64,000 nt of DNA from an uncultured Chloroflexota bacterium. GTDB taxonomy: Bacteria > Chloroflexota > UBA11872 > VXNJ01. The DNA lies in NCBI GenBank assembly GCA_913043205.1, contig CAJWLF010000014.1, positions 226 through 64,225 on the forward strand, given 5' to 3'. Each line of letters starts with the position of its first letter. Within the stretch, counting starts at the first letter, position 1. Below are positions 37,199-47,253 of this stretch, piece after piece. The notes beneath the pieces are model-generated. The model was given only the letters and a program-made list of their open reading frames with translations, did no database searches and was not told where the DNA came from. Made by a program: the position numbers and the translations under genes.

Positions 37199-38052
37199 TG
37201 TGAACGCTCTGTCTTGATCCGCCGCAATTCCTCAATAGTTAGTTCGAGTTTCTCATCACGCCTTAGCGGTGTCGAAATTCGTGCACGTCTAAGTGCACCA
37301 TCGGTCAAGTCAGCAGCGATCAAGCATTCTTCGTCAGCAGGAGCCTCCGCCAGTATTGCTCCGTCAGGCCCCACTATTTGTGATAGTCCGTAGTAATTGA
37401 TCCCATCCTCATACCCAACACGATTTGCAAATGTCCCATAGTTAACAAACATCTGTGAATATGTACGGGTAAGATCGTGCCAGGTCCTACTTGAACCCAA
37501 TTGCTGAGAACTACCAGAAACCCCTCGTCCAGGACTAGCAGCGGGAGCATGAATAATGTCAGCTCCATCACCGGCAGCTATTACCATTGAAGATGGATGC
37601 CACAAATCCTCGCAGATCAGCACAGCTTGTCTCCCAAATTTTGTATTGAAAGCCCTGATACGATCGCCAGGGGCACAAAATCGCCCTTCATCGAACAACC
37701 CATAGGTCACTAGATACACTTTGTGGTGCACGTGCACAATTTCACCATCTTCAAAGTAAGCCGAGGCTATTTTGAATTGGTGATCCGAAGTGTGGTGAAT
37801 AAACCCTGCAATAATCGAAACGTCGCCCGAACATTCTCTCAGCCTATTAATTGCGGAGGATTTAATATCCACGGCCACGTCGTATGATAAATCTTCCAAT
37901 ACATAACCCGTGAGTGACAACTCCGGAAAAACCACTAGTCCGCATTTGTCATCAACAGCACGGCGTATGAATTCCAGGTGCTTGTCAACATTGGCTTCAA
38001 TATCCCCCAACACCGGATTGATCTGGGCTATTCCAATTCTGACATCACGCAA
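37195..38052 (-). CDS. Carbon-nitrogen hydrolase (nitrilase superfamily). It is the probable glutaminase partner of NadE.
   Basis: A CN-hydrolase E-K-C triad region (VVFPELSLTGY ... CEDLWHP). Its stop overlaps the nadE start (ATGA). Confidence 0.8.
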   Translation of the reverse strand: MRDVRIGIAQINPVLGDIEANVDKHLEFIRRAVDDKCGLVVFPELSLTGYVLEDLSYDVAVDIKSSAINRLRECSGDVSIIAGFIHHTSDHQFKIASAYFEDGEIVHVHHKVYLVTYGLFDEGRFCAPGDRIRAFNTKFGRQAVLICEDLWHPSSMVIAAGDGADIIHAPAASPGRGVSGSSQQLGSSRTWHDLTRTYSQMFVNYGTFANRVGYEDGINYYGLSQIVGPDGAILAEAPADEECLIAADLTDGALRRARISTPLRRDEKLELTIEELRRIKTERSQ

Positions 38053-38369
38053 TCTAGCTTTTACCTGCCAATCTGATCTTTTTTGGCTCTAAATTCTATC
38101 GCGACCAATCTCAAAGATCGTGTTTTAAGTTAATTCTATAGTTCAAATATACGATCGGTTGTATAAAAGTACCGAATTATGAGCTATGGCAGATTATTAC
38201 TGGCGTGGGTACTAAGTTAGGCTTGCTATGAATTTGACCACTTCAGTTTAGCTTGCTGTTACTTTAGGTTCTGGGAACTTCTCAGTTCAACAAATGGAAG
38301 AAACAAGTTACAGTGACAGGCAACTATCCAAATTCTTAGACCAGTTATACAAAGACGAGGAATATTGAG

Positions 38370-40253
38370 ATGACCAAATTAATTAAAGTGATTTTGGCTG
38401 CGGTAGTTCTGTCAATGTTAGGTCTGACCGTGGTTTTTGGATCTACAGGACTTCCCGACGAAGAACCTTTACATAATGGACGCTTTTACCGGCAGACTGG
38501 AGAAAATACAGGCAACGGATTTGCTGTCAGTAATGCTAACGGCATCCCATTCTGGACCACATTTAGATCGATGGGGCTACAAAAGATTGGATACCCAGCC
38601 TCACATAGATTTGAGTACAAGGGATTCACTGTACAGGTGTTCCAAAAAGCAGTTCTGCAGTGGAATCCAGCGACCAAGAACGTGCAGTTCTTAAACATAC
38701 TGGATGAACTAAACGCAGCCGGCAAAGATGTTGACCTCCGCAACGGTGACGTAGTTCCTAATCATGCGGTTCTAGCCGCCGATGCAGGGTTGGATCCAAC
38801 AACCCCTTCTGGGTTCAAACAAATCAAGAACAATCACTTGGCTCTGCTTAATCAAGCACCCTTAGTCCAAAACATATTCAACAACGAGCCTCGATGGATG
38901 GATCTTTACGGTCTGCCTTTAAGCGTTGCGACAATCGATGGAGTCCTTGTAGTACGAGCACAACGACAAGTTTTTCAGTGTTGGCCACAAGGCAATGCAG
39001 CAGGCTTGCCATCGAATAGAGCCTTAATGGCAAATACTGGCGACTTCACAAAAAAATACAACCTGTTTACTGGAGATGCAGTGACTCCACACAGTATCGC
39101 CCACGTGAGAACCAGACTTGCGTCAAATATTCTAGTTACAACAAACCCCGTGTTATCTACCTCCACAAATCCCGTTGCTTCTTTAGCCACTCCCATTCCT
39201 ACCGTTACTGCAGCTCCGAGCACGAATTCAATTAGCGGATACGGTATGCAAGCACACCTATTAGGAGGGAATGCGAATCTGGCAACCACAAAAATCGTAG
39301 AGGCCGGATTCAATTGGACCAAGCAGCAGGTTAGGTGGTCTGACATCGAGACCAGTGCAGGAGTCTACAACTGGGCTGCATATGACGATGCAATAAACAC
39401 AGCAGCCAGCCGTAACCTTAAGATGCTGGTGAGCGTCGTTTCCGCCCCGTCTTTCAGACTCGGCCCAGGCAAATCTCATGGACCACCATCGAACTCTGCT
39501 GACATAGGTCCGTTTATGACAGAACTGCTAACTCGCTACAAGGGCAAGATACACGCAGTTGAAGTTTGGAATGAAGCCAATCTAAAGCATGAATGGGGAG
39601 TGATTGACAACAGCGCTTACCTCAAATACGGTCAAATGCTGCAATCAGCGTATACAGCCATAAAAGGTGTGGATAGCTCGGTAGTCGTCCTGTTTGGAGC
39701 ACCCACTCCAACAGGAGTTAACGACCCCAATATTGGTATAGATGATGCTATCTACGTAAGACGCGTTTATGAGAGCTTCCCGACGGTAGGAAATTACTTC
39801 GATGCGATGGGATTGCACCCTAATGGCGGAGCCAATGCACCAAGAGACACCTACGGTGGTTCAAACAATCGTAGTGTTTGGGGGTGGAACAATCACCCAA
39901 GTTTCTTCTTCAACCGATTTGAAGAAATACGATCAATCATGCAGTCCAAAGGGGATGGCAACAAAAATATATGGTTTACAGAATTTGGCTGGAGTTCGAC
40001 ACCAGTTACAGAAATAGTGGCAGGGTACGAATACTCACAGTACAACTCTGAATCTGATCAAGCAGATTTCCTAGCAGATTCCTTTAGCCTTATTCGTGAA
40101 AAATACCCATATGTCACTCACATGTTTGTTTGGAATTTAAACTTCCAGGCTGTAGTAGGCCCATCTGACGAAAAGTATGGATTCGGCATCCTAAATCCCG
40201 ACGGTACCGCGAGGCCGGCCTACAACAAATTGAAAGCTATGCCTAAAAATTAA
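38370..40253 (+). CDS. Secreted glycoside hydrolase family 5-like enzyme with an N-terminal domain of unknown function
   Basis: Signal peptide. The GH5 catalytic acid motif is VWNEAN and the nucleophile motif is FTEFGW. Confidence 0.65.
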   Translation: MTKLIKVILAAVVLSMLGLTVVFGSTGLPDEEPLHNGRFYRQTGENTGNGFAVSNANGIPFWTTFRSMGLQKIGYPASHRFEYKGFTVQVFQKAVLQWNPATKNVQFLNILDELNAAGKDVDLRNGDVVPNHAVLAADAGLDPTTPSGFKQIKNNHLALLNQAPLVQNIFNNEPRWMDLYGLPLSVATIDGVLVVRAQRQVFQCWPQGNAAGLPSNRALMANTGDFTKKYNLFTGDAVTPHSIAHVRTRLASNILVTTNPVLSTSTNPVASLATPIPTVTAAPSTNSISGYGMQAHLLGGNANLATTKIVEAGFNWTKQQVRWSDIETSAGVYNWAAYDDAINTAASRNLKMLVSVVSAPSFRLGPGKSHGPPSNSADIGPFMTELLTRYKGKIHAVEVWNEANLKHEWGVIDNSAYLKYGQMLQSAYTAIKGVDSSVVVLFGAPTPTGVNDPNIGIDDAIYVRRVYESFPTVGNYFDAMGLHPNGGANAPRDTYGGSNNRSVWGWNNHPSFFFNRFEEIRSIMQSKGDGNKNIWFTEFGWSSTPVTEIVAGYEYSQYNSESDQADFLADSFSLIREKYPYVTHMFVWNLNFQAVVGPSDEKYGFGILNPDGTARPAYNKLKAMPKN

Positions 40254-40347
40254 CTGGTCCATTTATAACCAAGTGGCATGTTCGTACTATAAGAAATAGC
40301 AATATAACTTAGCTCTGACACACCACTGAATTCACAAAGGAGGACAA

Positions 40348-41349
40348 ATGAAAGTTGGATTAATTGGTGCTGGCCGGGTAGGTCAAAAGCGAGCACATCA
40401 TTTAGTCGACACAGGGACTGGAGAGTTATCCCTAGTGTCCGATGCAGTACCTGAGCGCGAGGCTCAAATCGCTGAAACATTCGGTGCGAGTATTGCCTAT
40501 GGGTGGCAAGAAGTCGTTAACAATCCCGAAATTGACGTCGTCATAGTATCAGCATCCAATGATTTGCACGCACCAGTCAGTATTGCTGCTCTCGAGTCAG
40601 GAAAAGACGTCTTATGTGAAAAGCCGCTAGCTCGTACGGCAGCCGAATCTCGTACCGTTTGGGAAGCTGTAAATCGTACCGGGCAAACTCTAAAGACTGG
40701 TTTCAATCACAGACATTACGGAAACGTAATGAGGGCCAAAGACCTGGTGGATTCCGATGAGTTAGGGGAACTTCTTTGGATGCGTTGCAGGTACGGGCAT
40801 TCCGGTTCTGGAGCAATCAGTCATAACCCATGGTTCACTGATACATCCCTGTCTGGAGGGGGAACTTTTTTGGACAATGGGGTACATGCATTGGACATAT
40901 GCAGATGGTTCATGGGGGACTTTGCCGAAGCTACAGGATTTGTTGATACAGCCCACTGGCATGACATATCCCCAGTGGAAGACAATGGATTTGGGGTATT
41001 TCGAACTGAGAAAGGCAGAGTTGCTACGCTACATGCAAGTTGGACTCAATGGAAAAATATTTTTTCTGTAGAAATAGGCCTAGACAAAGCTATCCTTGAA
41101 ATCAATGGGCAAGAACACCTTACTATCACATTGCGGGAAAACAACGATACTTACTCCATCGACCGCGAGCACTTTGAAGTGGATTATGATGAGTCATTCA
41201 AGTTGGACTGGCTAGAATTCGTTGCAGCAAGAAATGAGGGACGTCCCCCTCTAGCAGATGCGCGAGACGGATGGAAGGCAGTAGAGATGGCCGAAGCAGT
41301 CTATGAATCCAGTAAAAATGGACGCACCATAAAATTGTCTGATAGTTGA
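40348..41349 (+). CDS. Gfo/Idh/MocA family oxidoreductase
   Basis: N-terminal Rossmann fold KVGLIGAGRVGQKRAH and a family-typical C-terminal domain. Confidence 0.85.
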   Translation: MKVGLIGAGRVGQKRAHHLVDTGTGELSLVSDAVPEREAQIAETFGASIAYGWQEVVNNPEIDVVIVSASNDLHAPVSIAALESGKDVLCEKPLARTAAESRTVWEAVNRTGQTLKTGFNHRHYGNVMRAKDLVDSDELGELLWMRCRYGHSGSGAISHNPWFTDTSLSGGGTFLDNGVHALDICRWFMGDFAEATGFVDTAHWHDISPVEDNGFGVFRTEKGRVATLHASWTQWKNIFSVEIGLDKAILEINGQEHLTITLRENNDTYSIDREHFEVDYDESFKLDWLEFVAARNEGRPPLADARDGWKAVEMAEAVYESSKNGRTIKLSDS

Positions 41350-41368
41350 CCGAACTACAGGACTTACC

Positions 41369-42292
41369 ATGAGCACCAACCCTATAGCCTGGGCAGCTAT
41401 AGCATGCTTTTTGACCGGCCTTTTGATTTTAGATCTAAAGATTTTGCATCGAGGAGGAGGAGAGGTCAGTATCAGGCGTGCAGCTGTCACCGTAGCATTC
41501 TACGTTTCCGCTGCAATCAGCTTCAACATCGTTGTCTACCTAGATTCAGGGTGGGATAGTGCGCTGGAATTCCTCACAGGGTACGTAATCGAATACTCAC
41601 TCAGCGTAGACAATATTTTTGTATTCATTGTGATCTTTACTTATTTCAGTGTACCTGCAGCGCTTCATCATCGAGTGCTGATGTGGGGAATCATAGGTGC
41701 GGTAGTCCTCCGGTTAATCATGATTATTGTTGGAGTGCGCCTCGTAGAAAGCTTCGATTGGATTTTGCTCATATTCGGTGCTTTTCTAATTTTTACAGGC
41801 ATTAAGCTAGCACTTGCACACGATGATTCTCATAACACTGACAATACGCTAGCTGTGAAATTGGCTAGAAAAATACTGCCTTCCATTCCAGATTATCGAG
41901 GCAACAGATTCTTTGTTAAAGAGAACGGCAAACTATTAGCCACACCGTTACTGACCGCACTGATAGCCGTTGAAATGGCTGACGTAATGTTTGCAGTAGA
42001 TTCGATTCCTGCGGTCTTCGCAATTACAAGAGACCCTTTCATAATCGCAACCTCAAACATATTCGCCATAGTAGGCCTGAGATCCCTCTATTTCCTTGTC
42101 TCCGCTTCAATGAAACAGGTGCATTTATTGAAATACGCACTGTCGGCAATACTAGTGTTTGTCGGCGTAAAAATGCTGGCTGAAGACTTTATTCATTTGG
42201 ACCCAATCGTATCATTAGCAATCATTGCATCAATTTTAGTGGCTGCAATTGTGGGGTCGTCTGTAACAACCCGGGATAGGTTCCCTAAATAG
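41369..42292 (+). CDS. TerC family integral membrane protein
   Basis: Multiple TM helices and TerC-typical LSVDNIFVF motifs. Confidence 0.85.
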   Translation: MSTNPIAWAAIACFLTGLLILDLKILHRGGGEVSIRRAAVTVAFYVSAAISFNIVVYLDSGWDSALEFLTGYVIEYSLSVDNIFVFIVIFTYFSVPAALHHRVLMWGIIGAVVLRLIMIIVGVRLVESFDWILLIFGAFLIFTGIKLALAHDDSHNTDNTLAVKLARKILPSIPDYRGNRFFVKENGKLLATPLLTALIAVEMADVMFAVDSIPAVFAITRDPFIIATSNIFAIVGLRSLYFLVSASMKQVHLLKYALSAILVFVGVKMLAEDFIHLDPIVSLAIIASILVAAIVGSSVTTRDRFPK

Positions 42293-42321
42293 ATCGGCAG
42301 TCAGCACACCCTGACTCTGAT

Positions 42322-43173
42322 TTACGGTATTTGATAGTGCAATGCGGCATTTCCACCGAGCAACATATCACGTTGTTGCTCAGTCATATCACCAACAGCG
42401 GCCATGGTTGTATCAAAATTATGCTTATAACTCCCAGCCAAAAGACTAACCGGCCAGTCGCTACCCCACATTAGGCGCTCAAACCCATAATTTTCGATCA
42501 TAAATTGCACTGCAGGCCTCATTATTCCCGCAGAAGGCTCCGGCCCCGCCTCGGTCAGCATCCCAGAAATTTTGAATTTAAGATTCGGTATATCACGTAA
42601 AGGCTCCATTTGTGACGCCCATGGTTCAAAATACCCATCTGTACTAGTCTGCGGCTTAGCCAAATGATCAAGCACCATTGGTAAATCAGGATTTTCCTCT
42701 GCAATTCGTGGCACATGCATCAAATCTTCATGCTTTAGTAGCAGATCCAAAGTTAGTCCATCGCGGAGGCTTAACTGTTTAATACCTCTTCTTATATCTG
42801 CTTGATTCAGGTAGTCAGGATCCCTCTTATCCTGACCGTTAACACGAAGGCCTCTAAATTTGCTATACCTATTAAATTTATCAATGGTCAGGCCTACATT
42901 GGGATCGGCAAAATCCGCAAAAGCAATTACGGCACCAAGCACCTCATTATCGTCAGCAGTATCTAACCAATACAGCTGATCCTCTTCAGCATTCCACGCC
43001 TGAATCAATACTGATTTGTCCACACCAACAGTATTAAATGCCTGGCTAATTTCCTCAATCCCAAAGTCTCGTACAACAACACCACCGGCAGCACGATCCG
43101 TTTCCGATAGCCAATAGAGATCGGAACTGTCAATAAGCCAAAGGTGGTTGTGACTATCAATAACCATCTGCAC
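42322..43173 (-). CDS. Amidohydrolase_2 family (TIM-barrel metal-dependent hydrolase)
   Basis: An N-terminal IDSHNHLW metal-binding motif and a C-terminal GSDWP motif. Confidence 0.7.
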   Translation of the reverse strand: MQMVIDSHNHLWLIDSSDLYWLSETDRAAGGVVVRDFGIEEISQAFNTVGVDKSVLIQAWNAEEDQLYWLDTADDNEVLGAVIAFADFADPNVGLTIDKFNRYSKFRGLRVNGQDKRDPDYLNQADIRRGIKQLSLRDGLTLDLLLKHEDLMHVPRIAEENPDLPMVLDHLAKPQTSTDGYFEPWASQMEPLRDIPNLKFKISGMLTEAGPEPSAGIMRPAVQFMIENYGFERLMWGSDWPVSLLAGSYKHNFDTTMAAVGDMTEQQRDMLLGGNAALHYQIP

Positions 43174-43267
43174 TCCATGTTGCTCAGCGTTGTGTTCGTA
43201 TCACATCTTTAATGCTCAGCATTTTGTTGGAACAGATCTGCCGAGTCAAGAGTCACGCCTAAACCTG

Positions 43268-43354
43268 CGGCGGAGAGGGTGGGATTCGAACCCACGAGAG
43301 CTTTCGCCCTACACGCTTTCCAGGCGTGCGCACTAATCCACTATGCGACCTCTC
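43268..43354 (-). tRNA. tRNA-Ser (anticodon GGA)
   Basis: Minus strand GGAGAGGTCGCATAGTGGATTAGTGCGCACGCCTGGAAAGCGTGTAGGGCGAAAGCTCTCGTGGGTTCGAATCCCACCCTCTCCG. It has a long variable arm and the anticodon loop is CTGGAAA. Confidence 0.85.
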
Positions 43355-43386
43355 CTCGACGGTAGCGAGCATCCAAAAGAAACTTC

Positions 43387-43479
43387 GGCGGAGAGGGTGG
43401 GATTCGAACCCACGTGGCGCTCAACACGCCTATCCGTTTTCGAGACGGACCCCTTATGTCCACTCGGGCACCTCTCCCA
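43387..43479 (-). tRNA. tRNA-Ser (anticodon CGA)
   Basis: Minus strand GGAGAGGTGCCCGAGTGGACATAAGGGGTCCGTCTCGAAAACGGATAGGCGTGTTGAGCGCCACGTGGGTTCGAATCCCACCCTCTCCG. The anticodon loop is CTCGAAA. Confidence 0.85.
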
Positions 43480-43574
43480 AGCATGAACTCACTCCCACCA
43501 CGTCAATCTTATCCAACGTACAATGCTTCTACGATATTCTCCCCATAGACTAGTGAACGATAACTCGAAAAGCC

Positions 43575-43805
43575 ATGCCCTATGCAGAGCGGAGTGAACA
43601 ATTGAGACGTATTGTCGCATGGATTCTGATATGCAGCGGTATAACGGCTACCGTATCCGGAATTATATTCATACTTCAAAGTGCCGGTATTTTAGGACCT
43701 GAAAGCTCATTCATGGTAAGAAACAGTGATTGGACCGGTTACGGCATCATGATCATCAGCGTGGGGCTGGTATTGATTATTGTTGGGAAACGAATCAGAC
43801 AATAA
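43575..43805 (+). CDS. Small hypothetical membrane protein (two TM helices)
   Basis: 76 aa with two hydrophobic stretches. Coding status is uncertain. Confidence 0.35.
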   Translation: MPYAERSEQLRRIVAWILICSGITATVSGIIFILQSAGILGPESSFMVRNSDWTGYGIMIISVGLVLIIVGKRIRQ

Positions 43806-43902
43806 TGATCTGAATTACTCAGGCAAATAATAATCCGTAGTATGTGTCAAGAAATCCATGCCCAGGTGATACAGTAAGTTTCAAACGGGAGGAATTGAAA
43901 TC

Positions 43903-44847
43903 ATGAAAATATTAATCGCAAACGATTATCTCGATGATTTATTCGAACATGCGAAGCAAGAACTTAAAGAACACGATGTGGTGCGCTGTGCAGATACAGA
44001 CCTTGTACACCACGTCAAAGATATCGATGTCCTCATCCCTGTTCGAACACCCACAGGCGCCAAAATCATGGATGCTGCGCCCAAACTACGACTAATACAA
44101 CAATATGCTGTCGGCTTCGACAACATCGATCTGGATGCAGCCCGGAAACGAAAAATACCGGTTGCCAGAGTACCTAGCCCAGAATCGGGAATGGGAAGAT
44201 CTCTAGCTGAAGGAGCTTTATTCCTAATGATCGGTGCAGGTCGGCGATTTGCAAAACTGCAGAAATGCATAGTGAATCAATCTCTCGAGATACCAATGGG
44301 GCACACTCTGTTTGGAAAAACTGTCCTAATTGTAGGACTCGGTAGTGCGGGACAAGCCTTAGCTAGATTACTAAAACCATTCGATTGCCACGTGTACGGC
44401 ATCAAAAGAAACCTTTCCAATTCCCTCTCAACCGAGTTGGGGTTATCCAAACTGGCGGACCCGGACGATTTGATCAGCTTGTTGCCCGACTGTGATTTTG
44501 TAGTAATCACCGTACCACTGACTCCAGAAACCGCAGGCTTACTTGGGTCTCGTGAAATCGAGGCCATGAAACAAGGAGCATGTGTCGTCAACGTAGCAAG
44601 AGGCGGGGTTATAGAAGAACAGCCGTTTAAACAAGCATTGCGTTCCGGGAAAATTGCAGCCGCAGGACTTGATGTATTCTGGAACGAGCCACCGGATCCC
44701 GAAGACGATCTGTTCGACTTGGAAGTGATTTCTATGCCGCACGCTACGGGCACTACAGACTTATTCTTAGGTAAAGCAGCAAAAATGGTTGCTGACAACG
44801 TCCGAAGGATGGAGATTGGTGAAGAAATTTTGCACCGTGTGGATTGA
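43903..44847 (+). CDS. D-isomer-specific 2-hydroxyacid dehydrogenase family protein
   Basis: NAD-binding VLIVGLGSAGQALA and a family C-terminal catalytic region. Confidence 0.8.
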   Translation: MKILIANDYLDDLFEHAKQELKEHDVVRCADTDLVHHVKDIDVLIPVRTPTGAKIMDAAPKLRLIQQYAVGFDNIDLDAARKRKIPVARVPSPESGMGRSLAEGALFLMIGAGRRFAKLQKCIVNQSLEIPMGHTLFGKTVLIVGLGSAGQALARLLKPFDCHVYGIKRNLSNSLSTELGLSKLADPDDLISLLPDCDFVVITVPLTPETAGLLGSREIEAMKQGACVVNVARGGVIEEQPFKQALRSGKIAAAGLDVFWNEPPDPEDDLFDLEVISMPHATGTTDLFLGKAAKMVADNVRRMEIGEEILHRVD

Positions 44848-45320
44848 CAATAAGGAATCATAATGACTACTGCAATATGACGATAGTCGACAAACATTTC
44901 ACAGCAACGGGATTCATAGTACGGCAAAAAGAAGTCTTGCTTTTACACCACCAAAAACTGAACATGTGGCTGCCATTTGGTGGACACTTAGAAGCCGGTG
45001 AAGATCCTGTCCAAGCACTGCTCCGAGAAGCAAAAGAAGAAACCGGATTTGACGTCGAAATAGTCGCAGACGTTCTTGATTTACAAGGCCCTTTCCCAAA
45101 AGTATTGCCCTCCCCAGAAACCATATTGCTGGAAAAGATCGAAGACCATCATTTTCATATAGACCTGATCTATTTCGTTCGCATCGTCGGTGGATCACAG
45201 CGTATCTCAATTACCGAACACACCGAACAAAGATGGTTTTCTGCTGACGATTTAACCAATGGAGATATCGCTGAAGACGTAAAACGATTAGGTTTACTGG
45301 CCATTGAAAAACTGTCTTAA
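44844..45320 (+). CDS. NUDIX hydrolase
   Basis: Nudix box GGHLEAGEDPVQALLREAKEETG. Confidence 0.85.
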   Translation: MTIRNHNDYCNMTIVDKHFTATGFIVRQKEVLLLHHQKLNMWLPFGGHLEAGEDPVQALLREAKEETGFDVEIVADVLDLQGPFPKVLPSPETILLEKIEDHHFHIDLIYFVRIVGGSQRISITEHTEQRWFSADDLTNGDIAEDVKRLGLLAIEKLS

Positions 45321-45428
45321 TTGACCCATAAATCGCATACATATAATTATTGCACATTAAACAAAGAACACTAGAATCAACACCTAGATGCTGCAGAAAT
45401 TCAACCAGAATCATCGAGGGGATCAAAC

Positions 45429-46340
45429 ATGGATATTGTAAATAGGATCTGTGGTGCAATGCCAGCAATGCTGACCCCATTCACTCCAGACCTACACATT
45501 GACAACGAGGGACAGCGCCGTCTCGTGCAATTTTTTCTGCAAAATGGAGTGCATGGAGTCGTCGTCCTAGGTAGTACCGGTGAATTCCAAGGAGCACGCT
45601 GGGAAGAGCGAGCTCACGCTTTGGCGACCGTAGTTGATGAGGTAGATGGAAAAGTACCGGTAATCGCTGGAGCTGGATTGCCTAATTTGTGGGCAACCAT
45701 TGACCAGATTAAGGAATCGGCTGACAACGGAGCAGATGCTATGCTTGTCACGCCTCCGTATTACTTCCCAATTGGACAAGACCAAATTGTTGATTGGTTT
45801 GCTAAGCTTGTTGAAGCCAGCCCTATTCCTATCATGTATTACCACTTCCCTAGGATGACCAAACTTACTGCCGATCCCGACACTATAGTCCGTTTGCGCG
45901 AGGTAGGCGTAGTGGGAGTCAAAGACAGCGGAGGAAATACCGGATGGCTCCATTCAACACTGATTCGAACCCGAGACTACAAGGATTTCAAGCTTTTACT
46001 CGGCAGTGACTTCCACTTGGTTGATGCTCTAATCAACGGAGCAGACGGATGCATAGGCCTTCCGCAAAACGTGGTGCCACACATCTCTGTACAAATGTAC
46101 GAATCATTCCAAAGCAATAATCTTTCCGAAGCAAATCGCCTGCAAAAAATTGCTGTCGACTTTTTGGATGCACTGATGATTAGCCCATCAGGACAGCCAT
46201 ACGCCAAGGGACTTTTAGAGAAAATGGGTCTATGTGATCGCACAGTAGCTCCACCATTTGTAAATGCCACAGATGGTGAGATTGAAAATTTATGGGAAAA
46301 TGTGCGGGAATTGTGTCGTCCGCCTCAACCAGCACCATGA
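45429..46340 (+). CDS. Dihydrodipicolinate synthase / N-acetylneuraminate lyase family (class I aldolase)
   Basis: N-terminal PAMLTPF...GVHGVVVLGSTGEF and a Schiff-base lysine region (VGVKDSGG). Confidence 0.8.
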   Translation: MDIVNRICGAMPAMLTPFTPDLHIDNEGQRRLVQFFLQNGVHGVVVLGSTGEFQGARWEERAHALATVVDEVDGKVPVIAGAGLPNLWATIDQIKESADNGADAMLVTPPYYFPIGQDQIVDWFAKLVEASPIPIMYYHFPRMTKLTADPDTIVRLREVGVVGVKDSGGNTGWLHSTLIRTRDYKDFKLLLGSDFHLVDALINGADGCIGLPQNVVPHISVQMYESFQSNNLSEANRLQKIAVDFLDALMISPSGQPYAKGLLEKMGLCDRTVAPPFVNATDGEIENLWENVRELCRPPQPAP

Positions 46341-47233
46341 ATCATAGTTGACCCCAAGTCCCCACCTATAAAATAGATGATCAAAATAACGAGAAGTAGC
46401 CAAACGGAAACTACGTATCTTATACCTTTATCAGTTAGTACCAGTAGAGAAGGGTTGTGAATCCCTTTGCCAATATTCGCAAGATATAGGTATCTCATTA
46501 CACCGTACAACACTAGTGGCACAGTTAAAACTAAGCCATTACCATCGAACTTAGATGCTGTCACATCCGATACTGTATAAAGCGTATAGCTCACTACCGT
46601 AGATGCCGCAACAACGCCCAACGACATATCCAACACCGATTTATCTGCCATCATAAACGAAGGTCGGTTAACTGATGGCGCGTCGCGCATATCACCAAGC
46701 TCACCCAATCGCTTACCAATGGCTAACAGAACAGCAATAAAGAACGTGCAGATCAGTAGCCACACCGAAAACGGCACATCCAGCACAACGGATCCAGCAA
46801 TTACCCTTAACACAAACCCTAACGCTATCGAAATCACATCAGCAAAAGCAACCCTACGCAAGATTGCCGAATAGGCAATCATCAATACGCTATACAGGCT
46901 CAAGACGATCATCAAAGATCCCGATAGTAGCATCGAACACAGTAAGCAGATTGCTATACCTATACTTGCGACAACAAAAGCAACACGTTGCGTTATTCGA
47001 CCTGATGCAATCGGCCTCATACGCTTCCTTGCATCAAGCCGATCAATTTCACGGTCAAACCCATCGTTTAGGTAGTAAACGCTGGATGAGAGCAAGCAAA
47101 ACAAGACCACAGCCCCAAAACTTGTCAAAACCGATTCTGGATCGGTCAACCGCTCGGCGAAAATCAACGGAGCCAAGACGAAACTATTCTTTATCCATTG
47201 CAACGGCCGAGAAGTTGTGATGAAGTCTCTCAT
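46325..47233 (-). CDS. UbiA-family prenyltransferase (decaprenyl-phosphate phosphoribosyltransferase-like)
   Basis: NDGFDREIDRLDARKRMRPIASG motif and multiple TM helices. Confidence 0.75.
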   Translation of the reverse strand: MRDFITTSRPLQWIKNSFVLAPLIFAERLTDPESVLTSFGAVVLFCLLSSSVYYLNDGFDREIDRLDARKRMRPIASGRITQRVAFVVASIGIAICLLCSMLLSGSLMIVLSLYSVLMIAYSAILRRVAFADVISIALGFVLRVIAGSVVLDVPFSVWLLICTFFIAVLLAIGKRLGELGDMRDAPSVNRPSFMMADKSVLDMSLGVVAASTVVSYTLYTVSDVTASKFDGNGLVLTVPLVLYGVMRYLYLANIGKGIHNPSLLVLTDKGIRYVVSVWLLLVILIIYFIGGDLGSTMIHGAG

Positions 47234-47253
47234 GTCAATTTAGTACACCCTTC

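Noticed and set aside
43326-43553. 75 aa plus-strand ORF
   Set aside because: It lies entirely across the two tRNA-Ser genes and their spacer, so it is an antisense translation artefact.
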